From a virus (taxonomy: Duplodnaviria > Caudoviricetes): a stretch of 64,000 nt of DNA. Below the pieces are notes generated by a model. That model had not been told where the DNA came from and did not search any database. It was given only the letters and a program-made list of their open reading frames with translations. Location: IMG/VR virus record IMGVR_UViG_3300010163_000002, positions 96,001 to 160,000 of that record; one strand, given 5' to 3'. Shown here one piece after another: positions 1 to 9,889 of the stretch (position 1 is its first letter; each line of letters opens with the position of its first letter). The position numbers and the translations under genes are program-made.

Positions 1-22
1 CAATCAACAATTACTATACCTT

Positions 23-35
23 AACAAATAATTAA
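23..35 (+). promoter_or_regulatory. ACA-N6-TAA phage promoter motif
   Basis: AACA-aataat-TAA upstream of 81. Confidence 0.55.
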
Positions 36-80
36 TATGGAAAATACCAGTGAAATTAATATAAGAAAGGAGATATTAAA

Positions 81-809
81 TTGAATAAACAAAGATTAGA
101 AGCAGAAAGATTAATTTATAAAGTTATGGATATATTAGACCCAAGTGGAAAAAATAAAGAATACTGGGTAGAAGAATTTAGTAATATGACAGACGAACAG
201 TTTAAGAAATATATTTCAAAGCATTACCCATTTTATTTCCAAACTGGAGCATTTAAAGAACCAAGAATCAATCAAATAGAAAAAGCATTTAAAGCAATAA
301 ATGTACCGTTATTAGAAAGGGTATATTTACCATATAAATATAAAGACCCAAAGACTGGTAAACCTATAAAAAGTAAACCTTGTTTAGTAGTATACATTCA
401 TATTAAGAGAATGAAACAGCTATTAACCAAAAAGAATGGTATGCAAATATCTGCAGATACTAGAGATATGAAAACTGGATTGCTTACAGGAATAGATAAA
501 AATGGTAAAGAGTCGGATAGGGAATTCGAATCTTTAGCAGTATCTGGATTAGATTATACAGCAAAAGAAATGAGTAGACCAAGAGCAGATGCAATGGATG
601 ATAAAGATGTAATGAATAACACTATTAAAACTTTAGGGCAAGTATCATTGTCGGAATTACCAGAGGATATAGCAGATCCCCTATCAAAGAATCTATTGAA
701 TGCTTATTTTATTGGAGCTCAATTGTACACAAATATTATCAGTAAAGATGATTATATGCTTCCATATACTCTCAAAGATAAAAATAAAAAATTAGAAAGA
801 TTGGATTAA
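81..809 (+). CDS. rpoB: Phage multisubunit RNA polymerase, beta-subunit C-terminal fragment (probably virion RNAP)
   Basis: Segment 'IKRMKQLLTKKN...RDMKTGLLTG..KNGKESDREFESL' resembles the beta C-terminal region (bacterial YMLKL..H...TQQP.GGK...GEME.WAL) as split in phiKZ/AR9-like phages; TTG start with AAGGAG RBS. Confidence 0.65.
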   Translation: MNKQRLEAERLIYKVMDILDPSGKNKEYWVEEFSNMTDEQFKKYISKHYPFYFQTGAFKEPRINQIEKAFKAINVPLLERVYLPYKYKDPKTGKPIKSKPCLVVYIHIKRMKQLLTKKNGMQISADTRDMKTGLLTGIDKNGKESDREFESLAVSGLDYTAKEMSRPRADAMDDKDVMNNTIKTLGQVSLSELPEDIADPLSKNLLNAYFIGAQLYTNIISKDDYMLPYTLKDKNKKLERLD

Positions 810-814
810 AATAC

Positions 815-843
815 ATAGGGTGGAGAGAACCTCTCCACCCTAT
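815..843. terminator. Hairpin terminator between convergent genes
   Basis: ATAGGGTGGAGAG-aac-CTCTCCACCCTAT perfect 13-bp stem. Confidence 0.8.
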
Positions 844-846
844 ACA

Positions 847-1041
847 TTATTTTCTTATATGATCATCTATATTTGCCAGCACAAATATGATAATCCACAT
901 CTGTGCTGCAGCCCATAAAATATACTCAAATCCTAATACCAAATCTGGCAGCCAAACTACAGCTATCGAAAACAGAAAGTTTATAAATAATGCTACCAGT
1001 GTAATACTGATAACAATTCTCTTTTTTGTTTTATTATTCAT
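847..1041 (-). CDS. Small membrane protein (2 TM helices)
   Basis: 64 aa with two hydrophobic stretches; AAGGAGG RBS. Confidence 0.7.
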   Translation of the reverse strand: MNNKTKKRIVISITLVALFINFLFSIAVVWLPDLVLGFEYILWAAAQMWIIIFVLANIDDHIRK

Positions 1042-1060
1042 TTAATTTTCCTCCTTAGTA

Positions 1061-1480
1061 TTAGTGAACTCCTAGTAATGCTCTTTTCTGTAGCTCTCTT
1101 ACCAACTTACAAATAAACTGAGCTTCCTGCGAGTTATCCCTTTTACAGTTATTAATATATGCCAGTTCCTCCTGAGTGAATCTAGAACCATCCAAGAATC
1201 TATACTGGGATTCATTCTGCTTAAATTTATTAAGCATATTCCCTCCAGTATAAATTTTCGTCAATGATGACATCTCAGGATTCTGGCTGATAACGACGAA
1301 TATATTTTCATCGCTATCATATATAATGGCTACTCCATCTCTAATATAGCCTGTTCCAGTAGACTGAGACACAATGTCTCTAATTTCCTGAATATTAAAA
1401 TATTCTGTAAGCCTTATTACTAATTCGAAAATCGGTAACTTAGCCACAGTTATCTGTTTTTGAGGTTTAACGTATTTCAT
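1061..1480 (-). CDS. Hypothetical protein
   Basis: ORF; start moved to MKYVKP, which follows a GGAGG RBS. Confidence 0.7.
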   Translation of the reverse strand: MKYVKPQKQITVAKLPIFELVIRLTEYFNIQEIRDIVSQSTGTGYIRDGVAIIYDSDENIFVVISQNPEMSSLTKIYTGGNMLNKFKQNESQYRFLDGSRFTQEELAYINNCKRDNSQEAQFICKLVRELQKRALLGVH

Positions 1481-1983
1481 AACATTGCACCTCCATTTGT
1501 AAGTCTGGCTGTAACCTTTTTGTAGCAATCTTTACGTACTATATCTTTAAACCAAAAAGATGATTCTTCATGCTCATGGTTTGAGATACTATACGAAATT
1601 TCCTTATTTCCATCGGCATCTTCTTCTGTCTGTTCAATAATATAAAAACCGTCAGGCAAAAACATTAGCGCCATATCTACAGTTACAGCACTAGCTAATC
1701 TGTATCCATCGCTGGTAATAAGAGTTGCTTCCATACAACGCTTTCCGAACATTCCGTTGAATACGGATGCGCGACTAGACCAATATTTATCATTGGCTTC
1801 ATCATACATACTATATCCGACGAAATCACCAATCTGTCCATATAAATATTGTACGCCGTCCTCTTCAAGTATAGTATTCATTGGAATCTTGTCCATTTCT
1901 TTATAAGATTCCTTAAGGTACACTTCAAGTTTGATCATGTTGTTGCCATCGGTGAACAACTTTGTTTCTAAAATGTGCATCAT
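1477..1983 (-). CDS. Hypothetical protein
   Basis: ORF; start moved to MMHILE, which follows an AGGAGG RBS. Confidence 0.7.
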   Translation of the reverse strand: MMHILETKLFTDGNNMIKLEVYLKESYKEMDKIPMNTILEEDGVQYLYGQIGDFVGYSMYDEANDKYWSSRASVFNGMFGKRCMEATLITSDGYRLASAVTVDMALMFLPDGFYIIEQTEEDADGNKEISYSISNHEHEESSFWFKDIVRKDCYKKVTARLTNGGAML

Positions 1984-2138
1984 TTCATTCCCTCCTGTGT
2001 GGTTTAATATTTCATTTGTATCACGGTTATAGTATATTATCAAATATATCATAATTTACAAATAAATATATTACCAAATATTGAAATACGTTAGATTAGA
2101 GCGACGTGAGTATTATTAAGCGAAATATCAAATCTTTT

Positions 2139-2151
2139 GACATTAAATTAA
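2139..2151 (+). promoter_or_regulatory. ACA-N6-TAA phage promoter motif
   Basis: GACA-ttaaat-TAA upstream of 2179. Confidence 0.55.
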
Positions 2152-2178
2152 CTGGATAAAAATAAGGGGGCTAGAACA

Positions 2179-3345
2179 ATGAAAGATACAACAGCCATAT
2201 TGAAAGAAGCTTACCCGGCAATAGAAAATGCTATGAAAAAGAATCTTAATAGCTATAAAAAGTATCTGTCTAATTTCATTAATAATAATTCAGATATTTT
2301 ATATTCAAATATGCCGTCAAAACAATTATATTTTTCACAGAATGATTGTGATGAGTTATTTAAAGCGATTAATGTAAACCCTAGTATTATTACTAGCGCT
2401 ATTGGCCATACATATTATGCAGAAATTGCAAACTTTAATCCAAGATATGCTAAAGATGAAACTACAGTAACATTGATTTGTATTATAAGATATTTTCTGC
2501 TTCATAATATGAAAAAAGAATTAGATTTGGCATTGGTTAATACCGTGTGTAGCGGTAAATATTATCCTAGCATCTGGTATTCATCATTCCCTAAAGCCGC
2601 ACCGAATGAATATGTAATGGATTATGTAATTACTCATATGACCACAAATAAATTTGATATTGTACGTCAGGGTAATGTAATTGGAGCGCTTAAGAGTATT
2701 GCTACAACATGGGTGGAATCTTATAAAGATAGATTTAAGGATTTTCATGATGAAGACGTACAGTACGTAATTCAGCAGTTGCATAATAGAATTAAATCAT
2801 TTATGAATAATATTGCTGAATTATATTATGATGCCAATAAAAATAAAAATGCTTATATTACATATGATTCAGATGATGTATCTGAAGATAATTATCATCT
2901 TGCTAATTCTGATTCCATTATGGTTGATAGATATGCAAGTACAACTATAAATTATATAAATTCTCATGGAATAAACTATAAAGTTTGTAAACTTGCATCA
3001 AATGATCTTGTTAAATTTGATGAGCTTAAGGGAATTATAGATATGCTCTTAAGCGATAAAGATAATATTCCAATGATAAAAGAGTACATTACTCTTATGC
3101 TTGCTTGTTATTATATGGATACTAGAAAGAAGAATATAAATGATATTGAATTTGTATCATATTGTATTACCCCAAAACCAAATAGCAAGAATCAATATCA
3201 TTTGAGAATGAAAGAATTATCAGAAAAAATGCTTATTAATAATGCCGCTAATTTTGCCAGAAGACGTTCCAGAGGTGCTACAGAATCAGCATATTTTAGG
3301 GCATTTAATGCCTATTTCGCCTTACTAATCCAGCAAGCAAATTAA
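2179..3345 (+). CDS. Hypothetical phage protein (helical), late-promoter class
   Basis: 388-aa ORF with RBS, upstream GACA-N6-TAA motif and downstream terminator. Confidence 0.75.
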   Translation: MKDTTAILKEAYPAIENAMKKNLNSYKKYLSNFINNNSDILYSNMPSKQLYFSQNDCDELFKAINVNPSIITSAIGHTYYAEIANFNPRYAKDETTVTLICIIRYFLLHNMKKELDLALVNTVCSGKYYPSIWYSSFPKAAPNEYVMDYVITHMTTNKFDIVRQGNVIGALKSIATTWVESYKDRFKDFHDEDVQYVIQQLHNRIKSFMNNIAELYYDANKNKNAYITYDSDDVSEDNYHLANSDSIMVDRYASTTINYINSHGINYKVCKLASNDLVKFDELKGIIDMLLSDKDNIPMIKEYITLMLACYYMDTRKKNINDIEFVSYCITPKPNSKNQYHLRMKELSEKMLINNAANFARRRSRGATESAYFRAFNAYFALLIQQAN

Positions 3346-3356
3346 AAAAAAAATAT

Positions 3357-3382
3357 ACCGCTAGGCAATTATGCCTAGCGGT
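3357..3382. terminator. Bidirectional hairpin terminator
   Basis: ACCGCTAGGCA-atta-TGCCTAGCGGT between convergent genes, A-tract upstream. Confidence 0.8.
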
Positions 3383-3408
3383 GTTAATATTTAGTTTTAT
3401 TATAATTA

Positions 3409-4080
3409 TTATTCTTTGTTTTTGATCATTACTAAGTTGCCAAGATATTTAGGATCTGATTCATCATCAAAATCCCATGTTTCTTCTTGCATTTCTGTTG
3501 TTATTATAGGAAATGCTTCAACCAACTGCTTAAATTGATGCTCAGATTTTACTGTAGGAAATTTACTTCCTAAGTCTTCTCTGAATTCATCATATGTCAT
3601 TTCGCTTATATCTACAGCATGATATTCAAAATTTTCATTTCTAGATAATATTCCGGAATTTAACCTGTAATGCTCTTGAAATTCTAAGCCATACTCGTAT
3701 GACCATATTTCTATATCAAGTTGTAATCTTTGCGATTCTCTAATTATATGGGAACCAAAGCTATTATTCCCATATGATTTTTGAAAATCATTGAAATATG
3801 TTAATGGTCCAGGAAACATACATACCCATATAGACCATGCAACTTCAAGATCTATTTCAGCATATTTAATTAACCCATGAAGCCATTGCTTTTTTATAAC
3901 TTCCGCTTTAAATACTCTAAAGAAATGCGGTGGATGTGATACATATGGCGCTCCCTGAGTTGCATCTATGTTATTTAAACAACTCATATAATTATAATCC
4001 CCTTGAAGAATTGCTATAAGCTCATCCACATTAGGGGCATAACCTCTTACCCTTAAAGTACCAGTACATATATTAGGCAT
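3409..4080 (-). CDS. Hypothetical protein, possible DUF1281/YubB ferredoxin-like fold
   Basis: MPNxCxGxLxVxG start, 'VAWS' and 'YEYGLEF' motifs. Confidence 0.45.
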   Translation of the reverse strand: MPNICTGTLRVRGYAPNVDELIAILQGDYNYMSCLNNIDATQGAPYVSHPPHFFRVFKAEVIKKQWLHGLIKYAEIDLEVAWSIWVCMFPGPLTYFNDFQKSYGNNSFGSHIIRESQRLQLDIEIWSYEYGLEFQEHYRLNSGILSRNENFEYHAVDISEMTYDEFREDLGSKFPTVKSEHQFKQLVEAFPIITTEMQEETWDFDDESDPKYLGNLVMIKNKE

Positions 4081-4096
4081 AATATTACTATCCTTT

Positions 4097-4543
4097 CTAT
4101 TTATAACATACTACAATTTCTACGTCATATGGGCCAAATATATCTCTTATAATTTCTTTTACTCTACTCCATTCAAGTTTATCCAACCCGCATCCTATGC
4201 GTGGCATAGCGAGATATTTAATATTGTTTTTGTTTACATAATCAGCCAATGCCTCTAATGATAATAAGAAGTCATTATAAGTAGGCTTGTTCCAATAATT
4301 AAGTTTTGTTACCATATTAAGAACCCTATCACATGGCAATACTAAAACATTATTTTTACCAGGATTTGATATCCATTGTTCTATGACATCTCCATACTTA
4401 AGAAGTTTATTTCTCACATTAAATCTTCTATTAAATTCTACAGCTATACCTTTGCCCATTGCTAAATCGGCGCTAATACACTGTACAAAGTAGTATTTTT
4501 CCGGCATATCAAATAAATCCATTTTTCTCTCTTCAAACATCAT
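4097..4543 (-). CDS. Macrodomain protein, TARG1/OARD1(Poa1p)-like ADP-ribosyl hydrolase
   Basis: 'QCISADLAMGKGIAVEF', 'NMVTK', 'LAMPRIGCGLDKLEW' signature motifs. Confidence 0.88.
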   Translation of the reverse strand: MMFEERKMDLFDMPEKYYFVQCISADLAMGKGIAVEFNRRFNVRNKLLKYGDVIEQWISNPGKNNVLVLPCDRVLNMVTKLNYWNKPTYNDFLLSLEALADYVNKNNIKYLAMPRIGCGLDKLEWSRVKEIIRDIFGPYDVEIVVCYK

Positions 4544-4661
4544 AATTTTACCCTCCTATAGTGTAAATTTTTATTACTTACACGTATATAGTATATTATT
4601 ATTTAATTAATTATAAAAAATAATTAACTTATGATTAAATTATATTATTGGAGGTGATATA

Positions 4662-4913
4662 ATGAATAAAATAGATATGATTAAAGATATTATAACTAAT
4701 GAATATAATAGTATTATGAGAAAAATGCCAGACGATATTAGAGATTTAACTAGTAATGTGCATAAATTGTATAGCGCTTGCGAAGTTACCAGAATAGAAT
4801 TTAATTCTATTTATAATTTCATCGTTGAAGAAATAGATTCTAATAAAGCTATTGTCACCGTAATGGATTATAATGGTAGTAAATTTGGGGAGTTTGAATT
4901 CTATTTACAATAA
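4662..4913 (+). CDS. Hypothetical protein
   Basis: 83-aa ORF with GGAGG RBS. Confidence 0.7.
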   Translation: MNKIDMIKDIITNEYNSIMRKMPDDIRDLTSNVHKLYSACEVTRIEFNSIYNFIVEEIDSNKAIVTVMDYNGSKFGEFEFYLQ

Positions 4914-4932
4914 AAAAATAAATATGAGAATG

Positions 4933-4956
4933 CCGGTAGGGATTTCTCCCTACCGG
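4933..4956. terminator. Hairpin terminator (GGGA-TTTC-TCCC family)
   Basis: CCGGTAGGGA-tttc-TCCCTACCGG. Confidence 0.8.
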
Positions 4957-5038
4957 GTATATATTGGTTCGGCAGATCTATATTTTTAATATAGTCCGCC
5001 TTTCATATAATTAGTGTTTTTCATAGGATATTTATGAC

Positions 5039-5305
5039 TTAGCCTACTAATATTTCTTCAGTACGTACTTTTATTCCGCAAACATCTTTGTATGTTTGCG
5101 CCATATGGTATGTATAACCATATTTTTCATAATACATATGTATGTACATATAAGTAGACTGTAGGTCTTCTATGGATTCATCATAAGTCGAATAACTTTC
5201 ACCGTTCATAAGATGCTTATGAAGATTACGATCATTCGTGCTTATACCCATATAAGGGCCAAACCCATACAAAGCTCCAGATGGTTCTTTGATGACCTTA
5301 GTCAT
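5039..5305 (-). CDS. Hypothetical protein
   Basis: 88-aa ORF with GGGAGG RBS. Confidence 0.65.
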   Translation of the reverse strand: MTKVIKEPSGALYGFGPYMGISTNDRNLHKHLMNGESYSTYDESIEDLQSTYMYIHMYYEKYGYTYHMAQTYKDVCGIKVRTEEILVG

Positions 5306-5448
5306 AATGCCACCTCCCTTCTGGAAAATATTTGAAAGATAATATTTCTATCTTTCAAATATATATTATACAATAATTTTGCATAATATAACCAGAAGGT
5401 TAAGTGTGGCATGTCAATATTTATTAAATCAAAAAAATAAATTAAATT

Positions 5449-5474
5449 ACCCGTAGGGATTTCTCCCTACGGGT
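5449..5474. terminator. Hairpin terminator (GGGA-TTTC-TCCC family)
   Basis: ACCCGTAGGGA-tttc-TCCCTACGGGT; exact reverse complement of 43703-43728. Confidence 0.8.
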
Positions 5475-5486
5475 TTTATATTTGTT

Positions 5487-6068
5487 TTATAATGTAATCC
5501 ATCCTTTAAAGAAATCTACTGGAATTTGTTTAATAAATTCGTTTTCATTTTCATCATTATACGAATCAAAGCACCCGACTTCAATAATAAGTTTTTTAAA
5601 GTCTTTTTTAACATCATCTAATGGATAGTTGTCAGTGCTAATTTTACCAATGCAACAATCGCTACAATCTTTATCTGACCAAAAGTAATAATAGTAATTT
5701 CCACATTTTCCTAGCACATGAATATCATCAAATTTAGCAGAAATCCCCAAATTAGTATGAGGTTTTCCTCCGGCATCTATAAGAGAGCAGCTATCTTCCC
5801 AACATAAATAATTTTCACCACGAACTTCAGGATTATAATTTATACGCAAGCTCTTATATCTTCGTGCCATATAAGCGTCAATGATATCTACGTAATTAAT
5901 AAAACCATTTATATATGTGCTAGATACATATGAATATACTACACCTTCTGTTGGTCCTTCCATTAAATCATCATGGTCGGGATAATCAATCCACTCCATT
6001 TCATTTAATTTTTTTGCCTTATAAATACAACCCATGGGTACATTTTCATCTCTAATTATTTTGGCCAT
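5487..6068 (-). CDS. Hypothetical protein
   Basis: 193-aa ORF with GGAGG RBS, downstream of gyrA. Confidence 0.7.
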   Translation of the reverse strand: MAKIIRDENVPMGCIYKAKKLNEMEWIDYPDHDDLMEGPTEGVVYSYVSSTYINGFINYVDIIDAYMARRYKSLRINYNPEVRGENYLCWEDSCSLIDAGGKPHTNLGISAKFDDIHVLGKCGNYYYYFWSDKDCSDCCIGKISTDNYPLDDVKKDFKKLIIEVGCFDSYNDENENEFIKQIPVDFFKGWITL

Positions 6069-6082
6069 ATTTAACCTCCGCT

Positions 6083-8443
6083 TTATTTTCTTATAAGTTC
6101 CGCTTTAATTACTCCATCCTTACAAAGTTTTACACCCTGGCTAAGACTAGAACCAAGCGGTATTGAATCTGTTTCGATTTCTAATACTTCATCTAATCGT
6201 ATTATGCGAATAGTATTATTACATGAGCACGTAAATACATTTTTAATGTAATCGCCTTTAGTAAGTTTGATTATTTTACTACCGGCTTTATTTCTATCGC
6301 TTTGTGGGAATGCTCCTTGACTAATACGATTAAATCTTCCTTTAGCTGTAACAACTACAATATCTTTAGTATCAGACGTAATTACAGAAATTCCATCTAT
6401 AGGCTCGTTAGTTTTCATTGCCTGATTACCAATGGTTGCTCTCTTAAGATATGGTATCTGTTCTATAGGCATTCTCAATGCTTTAGATTTGGTATATACT
6501 ACAATATCAGATTTCTGATTTGCAATTAATATATCACAAATCATATCATTAGGATTAAGTTTAGAATAGATAATACCAGATGGTGTAGCGTTTATTACAT
6601 CGTTTATATCCATTCTTTTAATTAATCCATTTTTACTTATAGTAACCACAAAGTATTTAGATGACTTATTCATCAAATGTTCGGCTATAGGCACATACAT
6701 CACAGTGATAATATTGCTCGTAAGCTTTTTGAGAATTAACCTGATGTCAAACCCAGGACTATTCTTGTCTGTGAATGATATTTTATGAATTGGCATTCTA
6801 AATACTTTTCCCATTTGATCAAATAGTAATATATCTTTACTATTATCACCAACTATAACGCATTTAGCATTATCGCCTTTAAATGTTCTAATTGGCTCTG
6901 CAACCTGAAGCTTCTTAATAAAGTTCTGCTCTGTGATTACAATCTTGAATTCGCCTTCTGGGATATTAGATGCCTGAGATTCTGATATGATTTTAGCCTG
7001 TCTTGGCTTACCATATTTTACTTTTATATCAAGAAGCTCTTGCTCTATCTCCTTATCTATTAAGCTCTGATTTGTAATTATATTAACAAATTCATTAACC
7101 TTATCAAGAAGCATTTTCTGTTCTTCTTTATACTTATTAAGATGGCCCTTAGACAATTTTCTAATTTCAGTGTGCAATACAAATTTAGCCTGTAAATCTG
7201 TTATATTAAGTTTCTTCATTAGCCAATTTATCAAATAGTTTTCATCCATAGATGATTGATTACGAATCATATGAATGATATTTTCCACATCGCCAGATTC
7301 AAGAATCTTAATATAAGTATCAATCTGATGTAATCTTGTCTCTGCTTTCTGAAGCCTGAAATTATATAATCTGAATTTTACCGATCTTCTAAATTCAATA
7401 AAGTTTGCTATATACGCTTTATAGCTTATACGGCCGATTTCAGTTCCATCTATAACAAGCATATTAACCCGCTTGGTATCCTGAAGACCTGCGTTTTTAT
7501 ATAATACCTGCTTTACATATTCTGGATCTGAATGTTTTTTAAGTATAATATGAATATCTAATTGCTCATCAGTAGAATGATCCTGAATGTCAGCAATCTG
7601 AACAAGCTTCTTTTCTTTAATCAAGTCCTCTATCTTTGCTGCTACATTATCATAGAATACTAAATCCGGAGTAGACAGAATATGAAGAATATCAGTATCG
7701 GTTTTAGCATTATGCTCAATTTCGATTTTGCCTCTTTCGGTATAATAGCCAAATCCTGAATTACTTATCTTCTTCCAGTCTGTATCTACTATCTCTGATT
7801 TTTGGCATGGATCTGGTACTAATACTACTTTAGCATTAGGATCGCGCAATACAGCTATAGTGGCATCGATAACCTCACCAAGATTATGTTTTGGAATTTC
7901 AATCTTATCGCCAATTGCAATACCAAAACATCCATTAACCAGAAGCAACGGTACTTTAACCGGTAAATATTCAGGTTGAATAGTGTGATTATCAAATGTA
8001 TTTTCCCAGTCTACAACCTCTCTAAATTCCTGCAGCTCTCCGATTACACATTCCATAGCGAATTTAGATAAATATGATTCTGTATATCTCATCGCTGCCT
8101 GTGGGCCGCCCTGTAAGGAACCGGAGTTTGAATCATAATTAACCAACGGTATTTTAATCTCAAACCAGTTTGTTAATGTTTTCATAGCTCCATATATTGC
8201 ATCATTTCCATGCGGATGATAACTACCCATGACTTGCCCTACAGTACCAGCAGATTTTCTTTTAGATGATATATCTACCGCTTTAATATTATTCCACATT
8301 GTATAAAGTATAGCTCTTTGTACAGGCTTTAATCCATCTTTAATATCTGGAGTAAATCTGTCATATAATATATAGATTGAATATCTTTGCATATTGTCCA
8401 TATATGCTTTCCTTGAATCTATTTTTATAATATTATCTTTCAT
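6083..8443 (-). CDS. gyrA: Type IIA topoisomerase / DNA gyrase subunit A
   Basis: 'DGLKPVQR', 'YHPHG', catalytic 'AAMRYTE', 'LLVNG..GIA', C-terminal beta-pinwheel-type repeats. Confidence 0.93.
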   Translation of the reverse strand: MKDNIIKIDSRKAYMDNMQRYSIYILYDRFTPDIKDGLKPVQRAILYTMWNNIKAVDISSKRKSAGTVGQVMGSYHPHGNDAIYGAMKTLTNWFEIKIPLVNYDSNSGSLQGGPQAAMRYTESYLSKFAMECVIGELQEFREVVDWENTFDNHTIQPEYLPVKVPLLLVNGCFGIAIGDKIEIPKHNLGEVIDATIAVLRDPNAKVVLVPDPCQKSEIVDTDWKKISNSGFGYYTERGKIEIEHNAKTDTDILHILSTPDLVFYDNVAAKIEDLIKEKKLVQIADIQDHSTDEQLDIHIILKKHSDPEYVKQVLYKNAGLQDTKRVNMLVIDGTEIGRISYKAYIANFIEFRRSVKFRLYNFRLQKAETRLHQIDTYIKILESGDVENIIHMIRNQSSMDENYLINWLMKKLNITDLQAKFVLHTEIRKLSKGHLNKYKEEQKMLLDKVNEFVNIITNQSLIDKEIEQELLDIKVKYGKPRQAKIISESQASNIPEGEFKIVITEQNFIKKLQVAEPIRTFKGDNAKCVIVGDNSKDILLFDQMGKVFRMPIHKISFTDKNSPGFDIRLILKKLTSNIITVMYVPIAEHLMNKSSKYFVVTISKNGLIKRMDINDVINATPSGIIYSKLNPNDMICDILIANQKSDIVVYTKSKALRMPIEQIPYLKRATIGNQAMKTNEPIDGISVITSDTKDIVVVTAKGRFNRISQGAFPQSDRNKAGSKIIKLTKGDYIKNVFTCSCNNTIRIIRLDEVLEIETDSIPLGSSLSQGVKLCKDGVIKAELIRK

Positions 8444-8504
8444 TATACTTTACCTCCTTATATTATATATAATATGCGATTATAAACCCATTTTATCAAG
8501 AGGT

Positions 8505-8532
8505 ATCCAGGTAGACCTAAGCCTACCTGGAT
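8505..8532. terminator. Hairpin terminator
   Basis: ATCCAGGTAG-N8-CTACCTGGAT. Confidence 0.7.
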
Positions 8533-8556
8533 TAATACGATGGTTATTGTCTTTTA

Positions 8557-9186
8557 TTAATCAACCTCTTCGGCATCGTACCCATCAATCGGCATACGTT
8601 CTTCGCATGATTCAGCATCACATTCTTCTGTACATGCGTCTACAGGGGCGCCATTCGGCTCTGCACAACCGCGAGTTTCATCAGATGCACTACAGTCGCA
8701 TGCTTCACAGTCACATGAATCGGCATCGCAACTGCACGATTCACCATTGCAATCACATTCCTCAACCTCGTCTTCATCGTATGGAAGGATATTGAACTTA
8801 GTGATTGTTCCGAGTTTACCGCCGTATACAGTACAGATAAGTTCAACACACAGATCGCCGAGATCTTTGATGACATCGCGTACTTTGCTGAAGAGGATGA
8901 TTGTAAATTCCTGCTTTTCAGCATTGTAGTTTTTAACATATCCTGCTGTACAGATGCGGGTATCTTCCTGATTTTCCGGTTCAAGAATGTATCTATATGT
9001 ACCAACCGGTACAGAAATTTTGTTGAATTTCATTTCTGCCAGTACATCAAGAATCTCTTCGATCACGTTGTCGGACAGTGTGCCGTCGAAGATAAGTTTA
9101 GCCTTTACTTCATTCGGATTAGTTTTAGGCTGGGTGTTATGCTTCGGGAATGTGCTGCGTACTTTTGCTTTTTTGTTTTTGTTCAT
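8557..9186 (-). CDS. Hypothetical protein with Cys/acidic-rich C-terminal tail
   Basis: Start MNKNKK follows AGGAGG RBS; tail 'ECDCNGESCSCDADSCDCEACDCS...CTEECDAESCEE'. Confidence 0.7.
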   Translation of the reverse strand: MNKNKKAKVRSTFPKHNTQPKTNPNEVKAKLIFDGTLSDNVIEEILDVLAEMKFNKISVPVGTYRYILEPENQEDTRICTAGYVKNYNAEKQEFTIILFSKVRDVIKDLGDLCVELICTVYGGKLGTITKFNILPYDEDEVEECDCNGESCSCDADSCDCEACDCSASDETRGCAEPNGAPVDACTEECDAESCEERMPIDGYDAEEVD

Positions 9187-9314
9187 GGTGGTTAACCTCC
9201 TGCTTAAGATATGGATTTTAGTTAATTGGTTTAGCATTAAGTAGTTTTCTCATGCTAGTAATTTTATGTACATGATTTCGTTATTTATAAATATTTACAT
9301 TTAATTAAATATTA

Positions 9315-9833
9315 ATGGTAGTGGAGGTGGATAAATTGGCAACATATGGTAGTAAATACCCACAAATTATAACCGATCCAAATGGCAATACCGCCAATTC
9401 AGATACACAAATTATAAGAATGACAGCAGAAATGTTATATGACATCATGCATCATACACATGCTGCTAAAGACATTGAAGGTTATGTCCAGGGTGGTGTT
9501 GATGAAAGTATGAGGCAAACCATAGAAGAACTCAATACCAAAGTTAACAAGCAAGATCAAACTATATCTGAATTAAAAAATACAATAAATTTGCAAGATC
9601 AAGCTATCAAAAAAATGGTTGATGCAATAAAATTACAACAACAAACAATAGACAAGCAGCAAGAAACAATAGAAACATATAAAGGAAGCATCGATAATAT
9701 ATCAAGCGATATTGAATCCATGCAGGATAATAGCGTAAAAATTTCTGATTGGGATGCTACAACTCCTGGCATTCAGGATATAGATGGAAATACAATATCA
9801 GATGGAGAACCGGTGCATGGTACTGAAATTTGA
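9315..9833 (+). CDS. Coiled-coil protein, possibly virion-associated
   Basis: Heptad pattern 'QTIEELNTKVNKQDQTISELKNTINLQDQAIKK'; upstream TACA-N6-TAA; true start may be the TTG after GGAGG. Confidence 0.65.
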   Translation: MVVEVDKLATYGSKYPQIITDPNGNTANSDTQIIRMTAEMLYDIMHHTHAAKDIEGYVQGGVDESMRQTIEELNTKVNKQDQTISELKNTINLQDQAIKKMVDAIKLQQQTIDKQQETIETYKGSIDNISSDIESMQDNSVKISDWDATTPGIQDIDGNTISDGEPVHGTEI

Positions 9834-9852
9834 TAAAAAATAAATATGAATA

Positions 9853-9877
9853 CCGGTAGGGGAAAAATCCCTACCGG
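9853..9877. terminator. Hairpin terminator between convergent genes
   Basis: CCGGTAGGG-gaaaaat-CCCTACCGG. Confidence 0.8.
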
Positions 9878-9889
9878 ATTCTATTTGCT

